Origin: an uncultured bacterium
GTDB lineage: Bacteria > Oederibacteriota > Oederibacteriia > Oederibacteriales > Oederibacteriaceae
Direction of reading: 5' to 3'
Assembly: GCA_965112635.1 (NCBI GenBank)
Contig: OZ218778.1
Location: 1,184,001 to 1,248,000, forward strand
DNA length: 64,000 bases
Shown one piece after another: positions 12,774-19,710 of the stretch; the stretch's first letter is position 1, and the number at the start of each line of letters is the position of its first letter. Position numbers and translations under genes: made by a program. The notes below the pieces were generated by a model, which was given only the letters and a program-made list of their open reading frames with translations, had not been told where the DNA came from and did no database searches.

Positions 12774-13574
12774 ATGAGTATACAAAATAGAGGAAAAATA
12801 AACAAACTTATAAGGATTTGGCCTCATGGGACAGTGGCGGTATCTTCCTGGCTCAATAAACAGGGAGTTTCCCGGCAACTGGTGAAAAAATATCTTAAGT
12901 CAAAATGGCTGACCCGGATAGGCAGTGGGGCCTATGCTCGTAACGGAGAATCTCCTGATTGGACGGGGGGCCTTTATGCGATACAGAGTCATACTGGCCT
13001 GCCCATCCATGCCGCAGGCAAAACAGCTCTTCAACTGCAAGGATATGCCCACTTTCTTTCTCTAAACAAAACAGGGGATATCTGGTTATTTGGGAACACT
13101 GGCCAAAAACTTCCCAATTGGTTCAAAGCTTTTGATTGGGGGCCAAAAATAAATTATGCAGCTGTAAACCTATTTGGTAGTGCTAGATCTCTTAGTTTTA
13201 CTACTAAGGATTTTGGCGACTATCTCATCCGAATATCTTCTCCTGAAAGAGCTGTGATGGAGCTTTTACATTTAGCTCCACAGGACCAGTCACTGGAAGA
13301 AGCCAGGCTCATAATGGATGGACTGGCAACATTGCGGCCTGATCTTATGCAAGAGCTTTTGAAGGAATGTCAATCCATAAAAGTAAAGAGGTTATTCCTG
13401 GTGCTAGCTGAAGCTAGCGGTCACGAATGGGTGCCACGGTTGGACCTGAAAAAGATTGATCTCGGAAAGGGGAAAAGGTTGGTAGAAAAGAACGGTAAAA
13501 TGCATCCTAAATATCAGGTTACCGTCCCGGAGTCTCTGATGCCGGCCAGGTCAGGCGGAAAGGAAACGGCGTGA
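12774..13574 (+). CDS. abiEi: AbiEi-family antitoxin / transcriptional regulator (type IV TA)
   Basis: N-terminal wHTH (SSWL..GVSRQL...WL.RIG.GAY), TALQLQGYAH, SSPERAVME, LRPDLMQELLKECQSIKVKRLF, DLGKGKR. Confidence 0.88.
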   Translation: MSIQNRGKINKLIRIWPHGTVAVSSWLNKQGVSRQLVKKYLKSKWLTRIGSGAYARNGESPDWTGGLYAIQSHTGLPIHAAGKTALQLQGYAHFLSLNKTGDIWLFGNTGQKLPNWFKAFDWGPKINYAAVNLFGSARSLSFTTKDFGDYLIRISSPERAVMELLHLAPQDQSLEEARLIMDGLATLRPDLMQELLKECQSIKVKRLFLVLAEASGHEWVPRLDLKKIDLGKGKRLVEKNGKMHPKYQVTVPESLMPARSGGKETA

Positions 13575-14485
13575 AAGAAACATCCTACACTAAACAGGCA
13601 CGCCTCCTTCTGCGATTTATGCCGCTTATTGCACGTGAAAAATGTTTTGGTTTGAAAGGCGGTACAGCCATCAATCTGTTCGTCAGGGATATGCCTCGTC
13701 TTTCCGTGGATATAGATTTGACCTATCTGCCGATAGAATCCCGTGAAATTTCTCTGACCAATATGAATGCGGTTCTTAAAAGGATTGCTGCGGGATCCAG
13801 CAGGATTGTTCCTGGAGCTAAGGTGGATATCAACAATCCGGACGACCAAGGAACCCGATTATATGTACGGGAACCAGATGCGGTGATCAAAGTAGAGGCC
13901 AACGAGGTTCTGCGGGGCACGGTTTATCCTTCAAGAGAAATGGAGTTGTGCCCTAAAGCAAAAAAGTTGTTTGAATTGACGGTCAAGACCACAGTTGTGT
14001 CTTTTGCTGATCTTTACGGTGGAAAGATTTGTGCGGCGCTGGATCGTCAGCATCCCAGGGACCTGTTTGATGTAAAACTACTCCTTGATAACGAAGGGAT
14101 GACCAAGGAGGTCCGAAAAGCTTTTGTTGTTTATCTGGCCAGTCATAACCGCCCCATGCATGAATTGATCAGCCCCACCAGATTGGATTTTAGGAGAGAT
14201 TTTGACAGCGATTTCAGTGGTATGACGCAGGAACCGGTTACTTATGAGGAGCTGGCGGAGACAAGGGAAAAACTTATTAAAGGAATTGCCAAAGGTCTAA
14301 CACAGGATGAAAAAAGATTTTTAGTTTCATTGAAGGCGGGTGAACCAGAATGGAATCTTCTGGGAATAGATAATGTCGAAAGGCTTCCTGCTTTGCAGTG
14401 GAAAATGCTCAATATCCGAAACATGAATAAAGCCAAGCAGAACAGGATGCTGGAGCTTTTGAAGGAGAAGCTGGAGTTAGTTTAA
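13571..14485 (+). CDS. abiEii: AbiEii/AbiGii-family nucleotidyltransferase toxin
   Basis: LKGGTAINLF..RLSVDIDL NTase motif, GGKICAALDRQHPRDLFD; GTGA overlap with the antitoxin gene. Confidence 0.92.
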   Translation: MKETSYTKQARLLLRFMPLIAREKCFGLKGGTAINLFVRDMPRLSVDIDLTYLPIESREISLTNMNAVLKRIAAGSSRIVPGAKVDINNPDDQGTRLYVREPDAVIKVEANEVLRGTVYPSREMELCPKAKKLFELTVKTTVVSFADLYGGKICAALDRQHPRDLFDVKLLLDNEGMTKEVRKAFVVYLASHNRPMHELISPTRLDFRRDFDSDFSGMTQEPVTYEELAETREKLIKGIAKGLTQDEKRFLVSLKAGEPEWNLLGIDNVERLPALQWKMLNIRNMNKAKQNRMLELLKEKLELV

Positions 14486-14563
14486 CTGTCCGCCAAAAAA
14501 GGCCGTGAAATCGTCCAGCAAAATGCTAAATTAAAACCAAAGAGAATATCCTTAAAGAAATGA
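14486..14563 (+). repeat. uvrB 3'-end direct repeat, copy 2 (displaced C-terminal fragment)
   Basis: Starts immediately after the abiEii stop; reads [25 protein letters not shown]. Confidence 0.9.
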
Positions 14564-14564
14564 A

Positions 14565-16283
14565 GTGAGGCTCATTCTGTCAACACAACGGAGCTTTTCA
14601 ATGTTGCAAATTGAATTAGACAGGACAAATATAAGCAGCACTCCTGCGGGGGCAAACGCTGTGAATATTTCCTATAGTTATTGGGGCAACGGCCTCAGGC
14701 TATCCATGAACGACAGCGGGGGCGTCAAAACCTACCACTATGACGAGTTAAACCGGCTGACGCAACTCAGCAATTCCTCTTCCGCCTATTCCTTGTTCTA
14801 TGCCTATGACCCCAGCCACAATAAGGTCACCAAAACCAACACGCTGCCCAATACGGGATCAACGGTTTACGACTATTATGAGAACGGGTTGCTGAGGTCA
14901 GTGACGGACGCTGATAACCAGACCACGGCGTATTATTATGACAGCGTGAAAAACCTGACGGAGGTGGTCTATCCGGGAAACATAGCCACAGCCAATTATA
15001 CCTATGACCCTTCCACTAACCGTTTGACCCTTTTGCAGAACTTAAATGCCAAAGGGTCGGTCATCTCCCAGTTTGCCTATGACTACGACAATGTGGGTAA
15101 CAAGAAGCACATGAAGGATAATGTGGAAACAGTAGGTTATGGTTATGATCCCCTTAACCAGCTCCAGACCGTGACGCACCAGACCACCAGGGGTACGATC
15201 AGCTATGGGTATGACGCGGCGGGGAACAGGAATAAATTCAATTCTCAGGCGATCAATGTTTATTATAACAATGACAACTCGATCCAGAGCGGGTATGGGG
15301 AAACTTTTACGCCTGACGGGGCCGGGAATATGATACAGAGGACAACAGGCTCATCAACGACGACGTACGGCTGGGACAGCCTGAACCGGCTCTGTCAGGT
15401 CACTCTGCCAGGGAACAAAACAGTCAGCTATGTATATGACGGAGATAATCACAGAGTAAAGAAAACAGTGGGCAGTGCCGTGACCAATTATATTTATGAC
15501 GGGAACTCGGTGGTTTTTGAGACGGATGGGAGCAGCAACCCTACTGCCAGGACTTATAACCCTGGGATTAGCGTTAAGGATAATAAGGGCAATAAATTCT
15601 TTTATCTCTATGACGGGCTAGGGTCAGTGGTTAATCTTATTGATAGAAAAGGTCAGATAATTCAGTCCTACTCTTATGACGCATACGGTCAGGCTTTTGG
15701 TGTGATTAAAGACCTGATGAATAACTACAGGTTTATCGGGGCAGGCGATGTTTATTCGGATGATGATGTAAATTTGCAATTTATGTTGAACAGGTGGTTT
15801 GACCCAAAGCTGGGAAGGTTTATATCCAGAGATCCTATTGAAATTAGATCAAGTCCAAATCTTTATGGTTATGTGAACAATAACCCAATAAATAATATGG
15901 ATATAATGGGACTATATACTTCGCTTCAACATGTACAACAAGAATATAATGCATTGGATTATAGGGTATCAAAAGGCAAGCTACCAACTTCTGTTGAAAT
16001 ATTGATAGCAGAAAGTGATCTTGATGAATGTCAAATAGATTTAATGCAAGTTCGTGTACGTATGTTTGGAGTAACCGGAGCTGGCTTTGTCCTTGGAGAA
16101 TTTACAGAGGGTCTTGGTGCACCTGGTTTACAAGCGTTGGCGATGTTTTTGGAATCCGCGGGTTTGATTGGGGAAGGATATGATTTAATTTCAGGAATGG
16201 CTGAGTTGTCCAATGATGAAGATGTAATTAAATATTTAGAAGAGAAAATAAAGGAGTTAGAGAAAAAATGTCATACCAAATAA
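14565..16283 (+). CDS. Rhs/YD-repeat protein, N-terminally incomplete (orphan), with C-terminal toxin domain CT1; start uncertain
   Basis: Many YD repeats; core RWFDPKLGRFISRDP..NLYGYVNNNPINNMDIMGL; 122-aa extension from 15915. Confidence 0.88.
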   Translation: MRLILSTQRSFSMLQIELDRTNISSTPAGANAVNISYSYWGNGLRLSMNDSGGVKTYHYDELNRLTQLSNSSSAYSLFYAYDPSHNKVTKTNTLPNTGSTVYDYYENGLLRSVTDADNQTTAYYYDSVKNLTEVVYPGNIATANYTYDPSTNRLTLLQNLNAKGSVISQFAYDYDNVGNKKHMKDNVETVGYGYDPLNQLQTVTHQTTRGTISYGYDAAGNRNKFNSQAINVYYNNDNSIQSGYGETFTPDGAGNMIQRTTGSSTTTYGWDSLNRLCQVTLPGNKTVSYVYDGDNHRVKKTVGSAVTNYIYDGNSVVFETDGSSNPTARTYNPGISVKDNKGNKFFYLYDGLGSVVNLIDRKGQIIQSYSYDAYGQAFGVIKDLMNNYRFIGAGDVYSDDDVNLQFMLNRWFDPKLGRFISRDPIEIRSSPNLYGYVNNNPINNMDIMGLYTSLQHVQQEYNALDYRVSKGKLPTSVEILIAESDLDECQIDLMQVRVRMFGVTGAGFVLGEFTEGLGAPGLQALAMFLESAGLIGEGYDLISGMAELSNDEDVIKYLEEKIKELEKKCHTK

Positions 16284-16705
16284 GAAAACTGTTTTCATTT
16301 AAAACAATTTTCAGGTCACTTTTATTATTTGTTATTTTGCCTACCTTTTGGATTTTTATTTATAAATTAATTTATCCTAAATTAATTGGTCATTCAGATA
16401 AGCTTAATAAGTGTACTAATATTATATCTGTCCTTCTGCTGTGGTTTTGCTTTATTGTTTTAAGGATTTACTTTACGCCGCTCAGAAATCTGCAGATGGG
16501 GAGTTTTTTTGAAAAATCAAAAAAACATTTTGGCTTCGTTATTATATATTTTGCTGTGGTTTCGATTCTAACTTTCTTAATGTATTTTTATTTCCTAATA
16601 GATCTTATTGACAATAATTTTTATAATTTTCTTTATACGATATTTATGGTTGGATCATCCATTTTTGTTTTAGAACACTTACTTAGAAATACTAACAAGG
16701 AATGA
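16268..16705 (+). CDS. Putative immunity protein 1 (about 4 TM helices)
   Basis: Overlaps the Rhs stop by 16 nt; very AT-rich; hydrophobic. Confidence 0.7.
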   Translation: MSYQIRKLFSFKTIFRSLLLFVILPTFWIFIYKLIYPKLIGHSDKLNKCTNIISVLLLWFCFIVLRIYFTPLRNLQMGSFFEKSKKHFGFVIIYFAVVSILTFLMYFYFLIDLIDNNFYNFLYTIFMVGSSIFVLEHLLRNTNKE

Positions 16706-16781
16706 TAGTGAATATTAATCACGCAATGTACAAATATTCAGCGCATGTTTTAATCTGCTTTTCTGTAATAGAAGGTAAACA

Positions 16782-16950
16782 CAGCGTGGCAGGAGAAGAA
16801 TAAACAACTATGACCAATACTCAAATTTCATTTACGATTCAAAGCCTAGCGTTACTTAGCGAAACTGGAGACAAAATGCAGGTTTGTGAGAAAGGGTCTG
16901 AGAACATACGATTTAGGATGATTGATTTCAAAACACTGCAACGGATTATT
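16782..16950 (+). repeat. Inter-cassette direct repeat, copy 1 (uninterrupted)
   Basis: CAGGAGAAG..TATGACC..AATTTCAT.TACGATTCAAA.CCTAGCG.TACTTAG..CTGGAGACAAAATGCAGGTTTGTGAGAAA..GTCTGAGAACATACGATTTAGG..GATTTCAAAA recurs at 18121-18575. Confidence 0.92.
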
Positions 16951-17844
16951 GACGGAAACAACCTGCGGGTCAGGAAGACGGGGAACGGTCAGACTACGAA
17001 CTATCTCTATGATGGTCTTTCCGTGGTGTTTGAGACCGATGGGACAACAGGGGCGATAACCAAAACCTATAATCCTGGAATTAGTGCGACGGATAAGAAG
17101 ACAGGTTACAAGTTTTTCTATCTTTATGATGGGTTGGGGTCAGTGGTGAATCTGATTGATAAGAAGGGACAGATTATTCAGTCCTACTCTTATGACGCCT
17201 TCGGACAGGCTCTAGGCGTTACCAAAGACCCGATGAATAATTATAGGTTCGTAGGATCATATGGGGTGTTTTCCGATGACGATGTTCAGGCTCAATATAT
17301 GATGAACAGATGGTATGACAGCAAGCTTGGTAGTTTTTTATCACGGGACGCAACTCCGATGGGAGAGTTAAACCTTTATCGTTATGCGAGCAACAATGGT
17401 GTCAATTTAATTGATCCTTATGGATTATATGACTGGTGGCAAGGCGGTTGGGGCGTTGAGGGCGTGATAGGGGGTGGAGCTGGGATTGTTGCTGCGATTG
17501 CCGCAATACCTGCAACAGGGGGATTAAGTCTGGTGGGTGCTGCGATACTAACTGGTGCAATTGCTGGGGGAGGAGTTACAACTGCAGTAGGCGCAGTGAA
17601 TGTTATTGCCGCAGGAACTGATCAGGCTGGAAGTATCATTGATCCTGTTGGGCAGATTACAAATGCACTGGTCGGGCAAAACATAGGAGGCGATATTGTT
17701 ACAGCTCAAGAATTACAGGATGCATATAAGATAGTCATGGGAGAGAACCCTGCGGAAAAAATTGAGGGTGCTGCGGATTTAGTTCAGAAAGTTATTGAAA
17801 AAATAAAGGAAAAAAGGAATAAGAAAAAGCAATGTCAAAAATAA
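16951..17844 (+). CDS. Orphan Rhs core fragment with glycine-rich hydrophobic toxin domain CT2 (track ORF 16810..17844; its first ~47 codons are repeat-derived)
   Basis: Rhs homology begins at DGNNLRVRK; core near-identical to Rhs1 (FFYLYDGLGSVVNLID.KGQIIQSYSYDA); DPYGL followed by a 138-aa CT from 17428. Confidence 0.82.
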   Translation, partial: DGNNLRVRKTGNGQTTNYLYDGLSVVFETDGTTGAITKTYNPGISATDKKTGYKFFYLYDGLGSVVNLIDKKGQIIQSYSYDAFGQALGVTKDPMNNYRFVGSYGVFSDDDVQAQYMMNRWYDSKLGSFLSRDATPMGELNLYRYASNNGVNLIDPYGLYDWWQGGWGVEGVIGGGAGIVAAIAAIPATGGLSLVGAAILTGAIAGGGVTTAVGAVNVIAAGTDQAGSIIDPVGQITNALVGQNIGGDIVTAQELQDAYKIVMGENPAEKIEGAADLVQKVIEKIKEKRNKKKQCQK

Positions 17845-18095
17845 GTATTACAACCCTTTTAATATCAATTTTATTTTTTTGCCTTGGGATTATAACAATA
17901 TTTTTTCCAACATTTTTTGGAAGGCTTCGAGTCTTTAGTCTTAGGTATGAGAAGTTCATTACACCCATTTGGTATTTTATAAATAAATGGAGACGTGTAA
18001 AACGTCCTCCAACAAGAAGGAGCGATGTAATTAGCGGTCTAATTCTATTAATTTTTTCCGTAATATTTTTTTATCTTTATTTGGCAGGCAGGTAG
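17832..18095 (+). CDS. Putative immunity protein 2 (2 TM helices)
   Basis: Overlaps the toxin stop by 13 nt; two hydrophobic segments around a basic loop. Confidence 0.65.
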   Translation: MSKISITTLLISILFFCLGIITIFFPTFFGRLRVFSLRYEKFITPIWYFINKWRRVKRPPTRRSDVISGLILLIFSVIFFYLYLAGR

Positions 18096-18198
18096 TTCCA
18101 GTTGGAGATTGTGAAATGTTCAGCATGTCAGGAGAAGGGTTGAAGGATATGACCGACACTCGAATTTCATCTACGATTCAAAACCTAGCGGTACTTAG

Positions 18199-18358
18199 AA
18201 GTCCGCTGAAAAAGTCCCCATGCGGGGACTGCAAAGAGCCCAGCAGGGTCTTTTTCAGCTCACGAAGAAGGATGAAACTCCTCGATGCTGATTGCATACC
18301 CCTCAAGGGGGTACTAAAAAGAGTCTCGGAGTGGCAGTCTGCTGAGGCAGACTGCCAG
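18199..18358. mobile_element. 160-bp multi-hairpin insertion (MITE-like)
   Basis: Absent from repeat copy 1; stems GCTGAAAAAG/CTTTTTCAGC, GTCCCC/GGGGAC, TACCCC/GGGGTA, TGGCAGTCTGC/GCAGACTGCCA. Confidence 0.6.
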
Positions 18359-18420
18359 CGACCCTGGAGACAAAATGCAGGTTTGTGAGAAATCGTCTGA
18401 GAACATACGATTTAGGGTGA

Positions 18421-18548
18421 TAAACATCCCTGCGCTAGAGCGCAGGGTATTTCAGAGGAAGAATCTATTTTGTTTGTTCCCCCTCCGCTTCGCTGCGGGC
18501 TGGCATTTATCCCCGCTAAAAGACTGCGGGGGTTTCTGCCAGAGGTCA
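18421..18548 (-). mobile_element. 128-bp IS200/IS605-like non-autonomous element (PATE-type), family copy B
   Basis: Absent from repeat copy 1; no clear target duplication (boundary ambiguous by 1 nt); subterminal hairpins at both ends (CCCTGCGC/GCGCAGGG and TGGCA..CCCCGC/GCGGGG..TGCCA). Confidence 0.68.
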
Positions 18549-18638
18549 TAGATTTCAAAATACTGTAAAGATTTTGAGCAGGATGGTAACGGAAGCGGAA
18601 AAAAGTAGGGTGTTATTAAGCTAAGGTGGAGCTAAGTT

Positions 18639-19649
18639 ATGAGGAAAAAAATCATACTGCATGTAATTTTTCTGGCAATGATTTTAGCTCCTGTTTTGGT
18701 GTCGGCAGGTTCATGGCCATTTTTTAAGAATAACATGGTTAGGTCAGGCAGTGTTTCGTCCTCTAATTTAACCCCTCCCTTGATATTGAAATGGGCTTTT
18801 AGGGCCGCCAATAATGCGACTGTAGAGTATTCCTCGCCGGTAGTTTCAACCAATCATTATGTTTATATTAGCGCGAGTAATGGGATAGTGTATGCCTTTG
18901 ACAGCAGTGAGACCCCAACGAAAGGCCTGATTAATAATGTTATTACCTCAGTGATTAATCCGAAAAGGGTCTATCAGACCGAAGGTCAGATCTATAGCAC
19001 TCCGGCTGTAGTTAACACAAGCAGTGATACAAGGATTTTTGTGGCATGCACGGATGGTTTTTTATACTGTTTAAAAGAAGGCACTAGTCCAGATTTCCTA
19101 TGGAAGTCTCCCATTGGAAACGCGGGGTTTTCTTCGCCCGTGGCTTACACTACGCTCTCTTCTTATCAAGTAGTTGCCTGCGGATCCAATGACGGGTCAG
19201 TGCATGTTTTCAGCGTGAGCGGCACTCCGGTTCCATCGGTTTACCAAACCAATGGTTATGTGATCGGTTCCCCGGCAATATCCGGATACAATAATTTATA
19301 TTTCTCTTCCCTGGACGGGAGTTTTAATTCCATTAATGCCACGAACGGGGGCCCTCTCCAATGGACCAAAATCCAGAGTCCGACAAGAGCCACGCAGGTG
19401 GCCAGCGGGAATGTCGTGTTTGTCGGGGACAGCGGCCTTAACGGCTATTATTATGGCGGTTCCTATACAGGACAAAAGCTTTACTCCACCTATGGATTTG
19501 GCGCGGGAGTGGCCATGTCGTCATCCCCCGTGGCTGTACAGGGCAGTTCCGGTACTATAGTTATAGTTTGTCTGGATAACGCTACCATTGTTGCGCTGAA
19601 TTATCCTATTGTCGTGAATTGGGTCCAGGTCTTCACAAATAAGGGCTAG
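18639..19649 (+). CDS. Secreted PQQ-like beta-propeller protein, probably C-terminally truncated
   Basis: Signal peptide, W.FFKNN..RSG, PPLILKW, repeated (Y)SSP blades; ends mid-blade. Confidence 0.7.
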   Translation: MRKKIILHVIFLAMILAPVLVSAGSWPFFKNNMVRSGSVSSSNLTPPLILKWAFRAANNATVEYSSPVVSTNHYVYISASNGIVYAFDSSETPTKGLINNVITSVINPKRVYQTEGQIYSTPAVVNTSSDTRIFVACTDGFLYCLKEGTSPDFLWKSPIGNAGFSSPVAYTTLSSYQVVACGSNDGSVHVFSVSGTPVPSVYQTNGYVIGSPAISGYNNLYFSSLDGSFNSINATNGGPLQWTKIQSPTRATQVASGNVVFVGDSGLNGYYYGGSYTGQKLYSTYGFGAGVAMSSSPVAVQGSSGTIVIVCLDNATIVALNYPIVVNWVQVFTNKG

Positions 19650-19665
19650 CTGCCGACTCATCCCC

Positions 19666-19702
19666 AAAAGCACCACGGACTTCATACCCGTGGTGTTTTT
19701 TT
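19666..19702. terminator. Bidirectional terminator-like hairpin between convergent genes
   Basis: AAAAG-CACCACGG..CCGTGGTG followed by a T run; the core resembles the palindromic element family. Confidence 0.7.
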
Positions 19703-19710
19703 GTTTTAGG

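Larger units (their letters stand above)
18121..18575 (+). repeat. Inter-cassette direct repeat, copy 2, interrupted by two insertions
   Basis: Aligns to 16782-16950 once 18199-18358 and 18421-18548 are removed. Confidence 0.9.
12591..19649. other. AT-rich accessory island (AbiE TA + Rhs cassettes + beta-propeller gene)
   Basis: Visible drop in GC and GC3 from the uvrB end to about 19650; duplicated uvrB tail; conflict-system gene content; right boundary approximate. Confidence 0.7.

Noticed and set aside
16810-16950. N-terminal 47 codons of the 344-aa Rhs ORF, and ORF 18116..18388
   Set aside because: They are translations of the inter-cassette repeat and its insertion; differences between the copies are non-synonymous in this frame.
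18270-18335. Possible hammerhead ribozyme in the 160-bp insertion
   Set aside because: The CUGAUGA/GAAA core is not present in the required order (CTGATTG only).
18583-18600. TGGTAACGGAAGCGG as a reversed tRNA 3' end (att site)
   Set aside because: No T-loop (TTCGA) match follows and the similarity is too short.
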